Assembly (NCBI GenBank): GCA_000697335.1
Contig: JNEM01010494.1
Span: 1-64,000, forward strand
From: Conidiobolus incongruus B7586
Lineage: Eukaryota
DNA: 64,000 nucleotides
Direction: 5' to 3'
Each line of letters opens with the position of its first letter. The stretch's first letter is position 1. The translations under genes and the position numbers were made by a program. A model generated the notes under the pieces. The model saw only the letters and a program-made list of their open reading frames with translations. It ran no database searches and was not told where the DNA came from. Positions 1-11,937 of the stretch are shown here, piece after piece.

Positions 1-346
1 ATATAAGTAACAGTTATAAAATGATTTCAATCACATTACTTCGAAAACTTTGAAGAATATTCAATTAAATATATAGATTAGTATATATATATTAGTTCGA
101 AATTTTGAGAATGATAATTATTGTAAAGAATTTATTAAAATATGATAAATGCATTATAATTCAAATAATAGTATGATTATCATATCGAAATATAAAAACT
201 ACTTGAATATATATAATATCTAACTATATATTTGGCTTTGGTTTTAATATTTTAATATTAATTACACTAACAATAATTCAACTTCATTTAATATTTGTAA
301 TATTATTAAACTTCAAAAAGGATTCTTAGTTAATTTGAGATTTCGA

Positions 347-354
347 TCCCATAA
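347..354 (+). promoter_or_regulatory. TCCCATAA promoter octamer upstream of bL33m
   Basis: Exact octamer ~97 bp upstream of the start, sense orientation; recurs at similar spacing at other genes. Confidence 0.65.
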
Positions 355-450
355 TTTGGTATCAATTATATTAAAATTAATTATTAAATTCAATTTTGAG
401 ATTTTGAAAATAATTTAACTATATTAAAAAACACTTAACATTATTTAAAA

Positions 451-798
451 AGTAAATATATTTATAAAATATTATTATTGTTGTTGTTAACTAATATTTA
501 TTTTTATTTAAATTTCATAAAAAGTGGGTAAAAAGTCTAAAGCTAGGTAATATAAATAATTTTATTTTAATTTAATATTTTGTAACTAAAATTTTAATCT
601 AGAACTATCTTAGTCAAATTATTAAGTACCGCCAATACCGGATATTTTTACGTTAGAAGTCGTCCTAGATTAGCTAACAAACTTTCTTTTATGAAATTTG
701 ATCCCAAAGGTAATTCTAATGTATTGATAGTTGATCGAAAATTAACATTGTTATTAGTTAACAAACATGTCTTATTTACCGAGCATAAAATCAAATAG
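451..798 (+). CDS. MRPL33: Mitochondrial ribosomal protein bL33m (missed by ORF track; exons 451, 525-546, 603-709, 758-798)
   Basis: Spliced translation [56 protein letters not shown] has the L33 signature (L.STA.TG.FY, K.DP...HV.F.E). Introns are canonical GT-AG. Confidence 0.92.
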
Positions 799-1677
799 AA
801 GTATATAAATATTAATAATAATATTCGTCTTTTTTATGTAATAAACTTTAGTATTTTTAACATTTTATTAATTTTTGTATACAAATCTTAAGTAAAGAAA
901 TCAAACTATTGTTTATGTGTATCAAATAAACAGCAACCATTATGAAATTACTTAATTACTTCTCTTCTTGATTAAATATGGTATTAGAAATATAATTAAT
1001 CGCACAGTTTCAATATATAAATACCTTTAGATAAATACAATTTATCATTAATCACTAAATCCAATTATAACCATAATTATAATTGTATAATTGATATAAT
1101 TAATAGTGTCAAGAAATAATATTTTGCAATAAACTGAAATATTAGAATTCAATTTAAATATCAAATCACTCATTTTTAAGACAATGTTCAGCATTTTAAT
1201 TAACATTATTTTGAACAGAATGAGGACTTATTATGATTCATGATATCAACCACAATGTCTAAATTTAGCAATTCCAATTAGTTATTAATTCTTTAATTTA
1301 AAATATATCAATTTTTGAATATTTAATAAAGAGTAGTTTGTAAAATATAATATGTGACTAAAAAATAAGAAAGAATATATTAGAAATATTCTATAATAGA
1401 TATTATATTTTATTAATGTATTCATATTGTAAATGATACTTTGAGTCTTGAATTGATAGTTTACCTGGTTGAAGCAAAATGAAAAATATTGAAGTTATAT
1501 TTTATATGTATTATATAATACAGGATATTACACATGGGTGCAATATACTATTAGCTTATTAAGTATTGATAAAATAGATGATATTTTTAACTTTAACATT
1601 CATCAAATGTTAAATATCTTAATATATAACACTATTTTTTTTATCAATACTGTAAATCATGTACGAAAAAGAAATCT

Positions 1678-1685
1678 TCCCATAA
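1678..1685 (+). promoter_or_regulatory. TCCCATAA octamer upstream of BLOC1S2-like gene
   Basis: ~90 bp upstream of ATG 1776, sense orientation. Confidence 0.65.
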
Positions 1686-1775
1686 AAATCTATTTTTAAA
1701 TTTAATTGAATGCATACCCTGAATTTTAACTCTTTCATCATAATTGAATATTTATATTTAAATTGATATTAAAAT

Positions 1776-2417
1776 ATGAGTAATCAAACATCGCCAACTA
1801 TGTTTAAAGGGAGAACTAGATCTAAAACTGTTTCTTCTACAACTGAAGCAAAATTTTCTAAAAGAGACTCCATTATCAGTTCCCCACAAAACGATTCCGA
1901 TTCAGCCACTCCTCAATCCAATATTGAATCCACTTCCCAGTTGCCTTTACCATCTACTCATATACTTTCATCCTCAGAATCTGGTAAACAAAAGGAGAAG
2001 CAACTTATTCAAGATTTATGTAGTGACATGACATCGAAAATTGCAGCATATTTAAAAGGAGAGTTATCATGTAATTTAATTTAAATTTTAACTATTTAAT
2101 ACTTATTTATTTATTCATTACTAGTAACTACAAGGGATTTGAATCTATTAACCGAGTTTAATTATCAAACTATTGAACAATATCAAGAACTCTCTCATAC
2201 TGCTCAAGAGTTGTTAGCTAGCTCTTCAAAAATGCAACAAGCTTGTAAATTTTAATTTATTCACACCTTTATCAATTTCAATAATATTAATTAATTGGTA
2301 CTAGATTCCAATTTAATTCCTTATATTAATTATGTCGACCAAGTTTGTCAACAAATTGAATATTTAGAAGTTATAGCTTCCGAATTAGAAGAATATTCTT
2401 TAAATTTAGGTAATAAA

Positions 2418-2449
<32 letters not shown>

Positions 2450-2579
2450 TTTCAAATTATTAATATTAATTTTTATAATTTTAGAAGAAAAGATTAAATT
2501 AATTAAAAAGAGAAAAGATATTAAAAAATCGAATAATCCTAATATTAATAGTAATCTACAATCTTTTATTAAAAGATAA
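1776..2579 (+). CDS. BLOC1S2: BLOC-1 subunit 2-like protein (4 exons)
   Basis: Spliced product ...KIAAYLKGELSLTTRDLNLLTEFNYQTIEQYQEL...LIPYINYVDQVCQQIEYLEVIASELEEYSLNLEEKIK resembles the BLOC1S2 coiled coil; intron phases are consistent. Confidence 0.75.
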
Positions 2580-2845
2580 TAATTTACTATTGATTCTAAT
2601 GAAAGTTGAATCTATGTATATTTTATATTTTGTAATATAAATTAATTTTTTTTCAGTTTATCAATTAATATATCCTTTTGATTGTTTATGAATTTAATTT
2701 TGTAATAAATTACGTATTAATTATTGATATTCAAAATTATCGCAGTTTAATGTGTAAATTTGATTATTTTCAGTGGAGTTTTTATTGAATAATAAATAAA
2801 ATTTATTAAATCATAACAAGTTATAATGTTAATATACATAGAGGC

Positions 2846-3766
2846 TTAATATTTGCCAATTTCTGATTCCCAATGTTTGGCTTTTTCAAATCCATTTTGG
2901 TTGGTTTGATAATCCATGAAAGTTTGGAAAAGTTCGTTGTCTGTATTCATGACGAAAGGTCCTCTTTGAGAAATGGGTTCGTTCAAAGGTTTGCCAGCGA
3001 TGAGAACAAAGTGAACTGGTTCATCCAATGATTTGACAGAGAGATATGTTGTTTCCCCTTCTTTGCCTTGATCAAGTACAGCTGTTGTATGGGGTTTAGC
3101 GAGAGTTTCTTCTTGACCAACTCTGACTTGGCCAGAAAGTGTATAGATAAAGGCAGTTTGGAATTCAGATGGAATAGCTTGTTCTATCCTCTTGTTTGGT
3201 TCCATTTTGAAATCTAGATACATTACCGGAGTCTTGGTACGGACAGGTGAATTGACACCAAATGATTCACCAGCAATTACTTTAATCTCTACACCTTCTG
3301 AAGGTTTGACTCTTGGAATATTCACATCCTTGAGCTCTTGATAGTTGGGGTCGCACATCTTATCTTTGCTAGCGAGATTTACCCAAAGTTGTAGACCAGT
3401 ACTTTCAAAATTTGGATCTTGAATAGCAGGCATTTCAGCATGAACAATGCCTTTTCCAGCAGTCATCCATTGCAAATCACCAGGTCCAATGACACCTTTG
3501 TGGCCTGCAAAATCTTCATGAGCTGTTTGACCAGTAAGCATATAAGTCACAGTTTCAAACCCTCTGTGAGGATGATCAGGAAAGCCAGCTGGATATGAGA
3601 TATGGAACTCATCGAGCATAAGGAAAGGATCTAGGTTCCTCAAGCTATAGGTACCAATACTTCTATAAACAGTAGCTCCAACTCCTTCAGGTTGAGCTTT
3701 GGAAACTACTTGATTGATCACTTTGCGAATAGATTTTTGAGTACTATTAGCAACAACTTGATCCAT
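2846..3766 (-). CDS. Pirin (bicupin, quercetinase-like), copy 1, intronless
   Basis: DPFLMLD, GFPDHPHRGFETVTY, GDLQWMTAGKGIVHAE, QLWVNL and GPFVMN motifs. Confidence 0.96.
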   Translation of the reverse strand: MDQVVANSTQKSIRKVINQVVSKAQPEGVGATVYRSIGTYSLRNLDPFLMLDEFHISYPAGFPDHPHRGFETVTYMLTGQTAHEDFAGHKGVIGPGDLQWMTAGKGIVHAEMPAIQDPNFESTGLQLWVNLASKDKMCDPNYQELKDVNIPRVKPSEGVEIKVIAGESFGVNSPVRTKTPVMYLDFKMEPNKRIEQAIPSEFQTAFIYTLSGQVRVGQEETLAKPHTTAVLDQGKEGETTYLSVKSLDEPVHFVLIAGKPLNEPISQRGPFVMNTDNELFQTFMDYQTNQNGFEKAKHWESEIGKY

Positions 3767-4575
3767 TTTAGTTATCTGATATTTGTTTAACAGTTATATA
3801 AATTTTTAATTTTTTAGATATGATTGATTGAAAAATCTCGATCAATTTTGAATTATTTATACTCCCATAATAATCTTGTTTAATTTTAATCAATTACCTT
3901 AGTTTCCAAATTTGGAACTTAGCTTGAATTTTTTGAAATTAGCAGACTAAATAATTTGATTTAAAATTTTTTTTAATTAAACTCATTTTAAATTATAACT
4001 TGATAATTTCCATAACTAATACAAATTTTTTTGTATATTTTAAATTATTTCAAATATATTGAAAAAAATCATAATCTTCTGGAACTTTGTATTATTTTCT
4101 AAACTCTTAAATTATTTTAATATATTTTATATTAATATTAAAATTTTTAATTTTTTTATGTATTTTACAAAATTTTTTTTGGTATATCATTTAATTCTAT
4201 ACGATTACAATCAAGATTTTCATATTTATTTATCAGTACTAAAAATAAAATAATAATTTAGATTTTATAGTGCTTTTATTAATTGAAAAGGTTGAAACTT
4301 GGATTTATGATAATATAAGATTTATTTGAACATTGAAATCAATGATCAATTTATTTTTATTCCTCAAGCAGAATTAAATTTAATAAATCGGACAAAATAG
4401 GAAATTGAAAAATTAAAATAAATTAATTAAAGTATATATTTTAATCTGAAATATATCTTTTAAACAATTCTAAATCAGCTCAAATGTGAAAGTATTTGAG
4501 CATAAATTTGAATATAATTAATTCGAAGATTGTTATTGTATTAAAGCAGCATAGTTTAATTATATACTCAAAAAA

Positions 4576-5541
4576 TTAGCTAATATTACATTGATTTTTT
4601 GATTTAGATATTTTGTTTGGGTATCGAGTATTACCAATTTTAGATTTCCATTCTTTAGCATTTTCAAACCCATTTTCATGGCTCCTGTAATCTGTGAAAG
4701 CTTGGTTCACTTCATCTTCATTATTCATCACAAATGGTCCTCGTTGAGCAATTGGTTCATTTAATGGTTTGCCAGCAATGAGAACGAAGTGAACTGGCTC
4801 ATCTAATGATTTAATTATAACATAGGTTGTTTCTCCTTCTTTACCTTGATCAAATACAATTGTTGTATGAGGATTGGCAAAAATTGCTTCTTTGCCAACT
4901 CTAATTTGGCCAGAGAGTGTATAAATAAATGCAGTTTCAAATCTTGGTTGAATAGCTTGTTCTATGCTCCTGTTAGGTTCCATCTTAAAATCTAGATACA
5001 TTACCGGGGTCTTGTTACGAATGGGTGAATTCACTCCAAACGATTCACCAGCAATCACTTTAATTTCAATACCTTCTGTGGGTTTAGCTCTTGGAATATT
5101 TACATCCTTGAGTTCTTGGTAGCTAGGCTCGCACATTTTATCTTTACTAGCAAGGTTTACCCAAAGCTGTAAACCGGTACTTTCATAGTTGGGGTCCTTG
5201 ATTGCAGGCATTTCAGCATGAACAATGCCTTTTCCAGCAGTCATCCATTGCAGATCCCCAGCTTCAATAACACCTTTGTGGCCTGCAAAATCTTCATGAG
5301 CTGTTTTTCCAGTTAATATATATGTCACAGTTTCAAACCCTCTATGAGGATGATCGGGGAAACCAGCCGGATAAGAGATACGGAGCTCATCAAGCATAAG
5401 GAAAGGATCGAGATGTCTCAAGTTTTGACTACCAATACTTCTATAAACAGTTGCACCAACTCCTTCATCTTGAGCATATGCGCCAACTTGATTAGTGACT
5501 TTACGAATAATTTTTTCAATGTTGGTATTATTTTCAGACAT
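4576..5541 (-). CDS. Pirin, copy 2 (tandem paralog), intronless
   Basis: Same pirin motifs with metal-binding His/Glu intact; highly similar to copy 1. Confidence 0.96.
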   Translation of the reverse strand: MSENNTNIEKIIRKVTNQVGAYAQDEGVGATVYRSIGSQNLRHLDPFLMLDELRISYPAGFPDHPHRGFETVTYILTGKTAHEDFAGHKGVIEAGDLQWMTAGKGIVHAEMPAIKDPNYESTGLQLWVNLASKDKMCEPSYQELKDVNIPRAKPTEGIEIKVIAGESFGVNSPIRNKTPVMYLDFKMEPNRSIEQAIQPRFETAFIYTLSGQIRVGKEAIFANPHTTIVFDQGKEGETTYVIIKSLDEPVHFVLIAGKPLNEPIAQRGPFVMNNEDEVNQAFTDYRSHENGFENAKEWKSKIGNTRYPNKISKSKNQCNIS

Positions 5542-8148
5542 ACCTAATCATTTATTATTGTTATTAATTTTCTATTTTTTGGTTAATCAAAATTATTTCA
5601 CTATAAAGTTCAAACTTGAAGTATTTATACTCAAACATCCCTTCTTAGTTTTTACTTCAAAATTCCATTCATTATTCAAATATAGAAAATCATTTGAATT
5701 CAAAACTATTGATAATGGTCTGAAACTATTGAGATTTCCTAGATGATTTAAAATAAGTCAAATTTTGATAATTTTTGATTATTTAACAATCGGTATTGTT
5801 ATTGTTTTTGGCATTAAGTTTCGTCATCTATGCAATCAAGAATAATTTGATGATGAATATAGTTATTAATCTGGGACCTTTTAATTTGTGGCAAATCCTT
5901 TAAATAAACCAAAAAATACATATAATTTGCTATTGTTTTTATTACTTTAAAAAATATATTAATTTGAAATTACATACTATTCTGTATTTTGATTTTCAAA
6001 TTGAAGTTGACTCATAATCCAATATTAAAATCAAGCATCTTATAACAAAATCATTATATAACAAAGGCGAAGTTTTGGAAATATATTATGTACAAAAAGT
6101 AAAGTTGTTATACACTATATGATTATATATTTTAATGAAATTTTAATTTATTGAAAAATTAGTAATTTTAGTTATCAAATTTAAATAAAATCATTACACT
6201 TTGAATATAAAATGATCTATTACATTACTCAAACTTATTTGTTATATTAATAATATTGATTGATATTACTAATATATTTATGAAATAATTTTTACAAAAT
6301 ATATTTTTTGGGAAGAATTATATAACGAATATGATATTCTCAATACTAACATTTTTGTTTATGTATTAGTCGAATAATATCAGTGTCTAATATTACTGAT
6401 ATCAATTACTGTTTGTTATATATAATTTGATAAAATAATATAACAATATATTAATCAATTTATACTTGATTTATATATATAATTGAAATTATATTATTTA
6501 AAAATAACTATTTTGAAAATATATTAATATCTATTATGATCATATATAATTGGAATGACATAATATATTTTATGATATATTATAAAACTATCCATATATT
6601 TAATATCTTCAAATATATAAATATAATTTAAACTGAAAAAAAGATTTTAATAGAAAATCAATTATAATTGAATATCTTCAATAGAAAATATTAAATTTAA
6701 AAAAGTCTGAATAAATTAACTGACTGTAAGCTATGTATGAATATGATTTTTTAATATATGTGTAATGATATTGTTAATATATTGATCTTTTTAAAAGTTA
6801 CTTGCAAGAATATTTCTGCTAATTTAACCTATAAATCTTGAAATCAAATTTAGTTAATTGATAGGGGAATTTATTATCAATCAATCAAGGATTATAAAAA
6901 GTTCTAAAAACAATAGCATAGCTTAAGGTAACTATTAACTAGTTTAAAAGGCATTAGGTTTGATGTTGTTACTTTGATTATTAAATGATAAAGATTTAAA
7001 AAAGGGGACGAAACTTAATGTTTAATCTGATATTCAATATTGCTGAATAATTTGAACTTATAAATTTTACTATCCAAAATACCTTAAATAATTTAAAAAA
7101 AATAAATATTTTTCATTATATAGTGATTTACTTATAGACAAATTTATAGATGATTATACTTTGAACGAAATATATATTAATATCAATTGAATATTATTGA
7201 ACAATTGTTAGTTTGATATATAAAGCCAATATAACAGTCACCTATCTCAAAATTATACCATAAATCAATTTGTATTAGTAAAATAACATAGTTGCTTCCA
7301 TATTGGAACATATATTCCAATCCTAAATATCTAATAGTGATTTATTATATGTATTAGATTTATAATATCAGTTAAAAAATAAACAAACTGAGTTGAAGTT
7401 TATTTATTATGTAAATTATTACACAACTCTTTAGCTAGAATTGAAATAATAACATTATTATACATATTTAAGTAATTTTGGATTTAAATACAACAGTGTG
7501 CCTTTTATTATGTGTATAATCACAATATTTTTACCTATATAATGTAATAGTGTTTAAAAAATGAAAAATCCCTCATTGTTATTTCTCAGTTAATATTTAT
7601 ATATTTTGGCTAAATATCAATTGATAACTTTTTATACCCAATATCATTCTGTTTTGGTTTGATTTACATTCAAAGCAATTCTCAGGAATGAATATCTATA
7701 TATTATCAAATTTGAAGAATGATTAAATTTATAAAATATCAATTATAAGTATTGTGCTGGAGTATATATATTAAAAAAATTTAAAATATATCTCTAAATT
7801 TAAAAATTAAGAGAGCATAATATCTTGAAACATAGTTAAATCTGAAATAAGATTACAGTGATATATACATATCATTTTGAGTTATAATTTTAAATACTAA
7901 AGTATATATTGAAATTTTAATTACCATATTCAAACTTCTATCCTTGTATTGATAAATATTTTGTGTTAATATATATTAAAACAATTAAAACAATCTATTT
8001 TGATTATTGTCCAACAATACTTATATAAATTTGAAATTTCGAAATTGGTGGAAAAGAGTGTTATATAATTTGGGTTAATTAATAATACTTTATTTAATGA
8101 TATATAATATAAATATAATAATGTAAGATACACTCATTAAAATTTAAA

Positions 8149-9065
8149 TTAATTTCTGCCAATTTCTGATTTCCATTGTTTGGCATTTTCGAATCAATTT
8201 TCATGACCCATATTATCCATAAAAGTTTGATATATCTCTCCTTTTTCATTCATATCAAAAGGACCATGCTGGACAATTATTTCATTCAAAGGTTTACCAG
8301 CGATAAGAACAAACTGAGCTGGTTCATCCAATGATTTGACAGAGAGGTATGTTGTTTCCCCTTCTTTGCCTTGATCAAGTACAGCTGTTGTATGGGGTTT
8401 AGCGAGAGTTTCTTCTTGACCAACTCTGACTTGGCCAGAAAGTGTATAGATAAAGGCAGTTTGGAATCCAGATGGAGTAGCTTGTTCTATGCTCTTGCTA
8501 GATTCCATCTTAAAATCTAGATATATTACCCGAGTCTGGGTATGGAAAGGTGAATTGTCTCCAAATGTTTCACCAGTGGTTACTTTAGCTTTAACACCTT
8601 TACAAGATTTGATTCTGGGGATATTCACATCCTTGAGCTGTTGGTAACTGGGACCACACATTCTATCTTCGTTGGGAAGATCTACTCAAAGCCGTAGACC
8701 AGTATTTTCAAAATTTGGATCTTGAATGGAAGGCATTTCAGCATGAACAATGCCTTTTCCAGCGGTCATCCATTACAAAATATCATGTCCAAGATTACCA
8801 TCGTGATTCGCAAAATCTTCTCAAGCCATCTTACCAGATAAGCCCTAACTTACAGTTCCAAAATCTCTATGAGGGTAATCAGAAAAGCCAGCAGAAAAGG
8901 AGATATGACACTTATCAAGCATCAGAAAGACATATGGATTTTCTAAAATATGAATGTTAATGCTTCAGTAAACAATAGCTCATTTTCCTGGTTGAGGTCC
9001 TGAAATAATTTGATTGATAACTTTGTGAACCAGTTTGTTGGCATTTTTAGTAGCAGTTTGAATTA
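8149..9065 (-). pseudogene. Pirin pseudogene, copy 3
   Basis: Aligns to copy 1 over its length but has no ATG, frameshifts in the N-terminal half, DHPHRG changed to DYPHRD, and a premature TGA at 8194-8196. Confidence 0.88.
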
Positions 9066-9722
9066 TTTTATTAACTAAAAGTTATTGATATACATTCAAT
9101 TAATATTTTTGATTATAATTATAATATTTTATTAACTGATCATGTACTATTTTTATTCAAATAATGAAATTACCGTTGAATAGATTTCCAAATATATAGT
9201 ATTCCCTCAAATTAATTGTTCATATAATGAAAACTTGTATTTAAAGTTTATTTAAAAAGGATTTTTGGAAACTCATTTTGAATCATTATAATTATAAATT
9301 ACAATTATTTGAATATCACTACAACAAGCATTATATTCATCATTGGTTAATCCTTTACCTTAATTTCATTAAATAGAGATCCTATCGAACACTGTTGTAA
9401 TAACTTTTTTATGATTTTATTAATAATGTTAAAATATAATAATATAATGAATTTTTAATAAAAATCACATTAAAATATATATATATATATCTGTTGTGAT
9501 TAGATATAATTTGAGAACAATTAATTGGAAAATATAAAAATTCAATATTATTATTAATGATTTTAATTATAGTAAATTGTAGAAATATTTTCATTTTTGA
9601 TAAATTAACCCTTAGAATGTGATATAATCTTTTATTTTCAAAATAAATTATCAATATTCCTCCATCGTTTATTTATTCTATTTTATTTGAAATATTATCA
9701 TGTTGGTATCAGTTCATAATAT

Positions 9723-10020
9723 TGTGAGATCCCAAAGTGCTACCCTTGACGCCATTTCTAACCTCGGGTTTCTATTCTATAAAGAGTCCATATCTTAATT
9801 GACCATTACTTGCTACACATGTTGTAATATTGTAAGAAATCTTTACACATTGAAACGCTATCAATCCCTAACAACTTCCCTATATAAGGATCAGTCTTAA
9901 TGACTTAATCCGATGCCTTTAACACTTAATCAAGCATTATTCCAAACACCGTTTTAGCCAATAAACCCTCAACTACACTTACCTACTATTAGGTAATAAA
10001 AATTGCCATTGCCCCTCACA
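9723..10020 (+). mobile_element. Putative solo LTR (~298 bp)
   Basis: GC-richer island bounded by inverted TGTGAG...CTCACA, with internal TATATAA (~9881) and AATAAA (~9960, ~9995). No target-site duplication visible. Confidence 0.5.
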
Positions 10021-10296
10021 TTACACCATCCATAATACCCATAGAGAAACTACAATATCTTTAATAATCTTTTATATAATTTCCATGTCAACAAATTTAC
10101 TAGTTCAATGATAAATTTTATTAGTAATATTTGAGGGTTCTTAAAACATAAACAGTGTTTAATTATTTAAATAAAATATTTAAGCTTAATTATTGCAATA
10201 TCAAGATATAACCTAAGTAAATATTTTAGTATTTGATTTCATTTAATCTTTAAATATTTACATTATTAGATTTAAAATTATATCTAATAAAAGCAA

Positions 10297-10304
10297 TCCC
10301 ATAA
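10297..10304 (+). promoter_or_regulatory. TCCCATAA octamer upstream of bystin
   Basis: ~110 bp upstream of ATG 10414, sense orientation. Confidence 0.65.
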
Positions 10305-10413
10305 ATTATAGAACCTAATTTCAAACTATAAATTACTAACTTGCATATTTTTCAGTTTTTTTATTACCTCAAATAACTTATAAATTAATAGATAAATAAT
10401 CATAATATAAAAT

Positions 10414-11937
10414 ATGGGGAAAGCTACAAGTACCAAAAAAGCTTTAAGACATCAACCTTTTCATAAAGAGTTGGAGGGTGAAGGAATTTTTAAACAAAAA
10501 GCTCCCAAAGTTAAGAAAAATAAAAAGGATATTGACGAAGATGGCGAAGTATGGTATTAATTTTCTTTGTTTAGAATATTGCTTATTAACTGATTTATTT
10601 AGAGCTATTTAGATTCTAAGACCACTTCTAAAATTTTGAAAATGGCTATTGAACAACAGGAAGATCTGGAATCCGACCGTGATGAATATGATCAATTTGT
10701 GTATGTTATTCAATATTTTAATATTTTTTAATTTATCTCATAATTTTATGCTTTAGTGATGAGGAGGAGGGTGACGAAGAAGAAGAAATTGAATATAGCG
10801 AAGAGGAAGTAGAATTGGAAGAAGAAGTAGAAGAAATAGATTTCTCTAGATTTGATAATGATGTCAACCTAGCTGTAATAATTCATATTTATCTAAAATT
10901 TAAATTGGTTTATTTATTTTTTTTGTAATAGGACTTGGATCAAAGCGAACGCGAAGCTATTGACCGTTTCTTACCTGAAGCTCCCAGACAGCGTTTCACT
11001 TTAGCTGATATGATTATGGCTAAAATTCAAGAAAAAGAACAAGCTGCTGCTATGGGTAGTCGTGAAAAAGATCTCAATGCTCCACCTGGTTTGAATCCCA
11101 AGGTCATTGAAGTCTACACCAAGGTTGGTACCCTTTTATCTCGTTATAAGTCAGGTCAAGTTCCCAAAGCTTTCAAGATCATTCCTACTCTTGCCAACTG
11201 GGAAGAAATTCTTTATCTCACTCAACCTGAAAATTGGACCCCCAATGCCGTTTACGAAGCTACCAGGGTTTTCGTATCCAATCTCAAGGCTAAGCAATGT
11301 CAAACTTTCTATAACCTAGTTGTTCTCGATCGTGTTAGAGATGATATTCAAACCTCTAAAAAATTGAACTATCATCTTTATATGACTTTGAAGAAGTGTC
11401 TCTTCAAGCCTGCTGCCTTCTTCAAGGGTATTTTATTCCCATTATGTGAGGTAAAATTATATTATAATTGATATATTTTAGTGATAACTAATCTTTTTTC
11501 AGAGTGGTACTTGTACCTTACGTGAAGCCGTTGTCATTGGCTCAGTCCTCGCTAAAGTCTCCATTCCAGTTTTACATTCCGCCGCTGCCCTCCTCCGACT
11601 TGCCGAGATGGAATATACGGGTGCCAATAGTTTGATCATCCGTATTCTCTTAGACAAGAAATATGCTCTTCCCTACAAGGTTGTCGATGCCTTAGTATTC
11701 CACTTCATTCGATTCCGCAGCCACCAAGAGACGATGCCAGTGTTATGGTTCCAATCTTTCCTAGTATTCGTACAGAGATACAAGCAGGATCTGACACCCG
11801 AACAAAAGGAAGCATTGATGGAATTGAGCAAACACCAAGTCCACCACGAGATCACTCCCGAAATTCGCAGAGAATTGATCAATTCCACATGTCGTGGTGA
11901 AATGATTGCAGATGAAAATGCTATGATGATCGATTAA
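10414..11937 (+). CDS. ENP1: Bystin / ENP1, 40S biogenesis factor (5 exons)
   Basis: [34 protein letters not shown] and [19 protein letters not shown]; intron phases are consistent. Confidence 0.96.

Noticed and set aside
524..526. GTG start codon for bL33m
   Set aside because: A canonical intron that creates A|TG explains it more simply.
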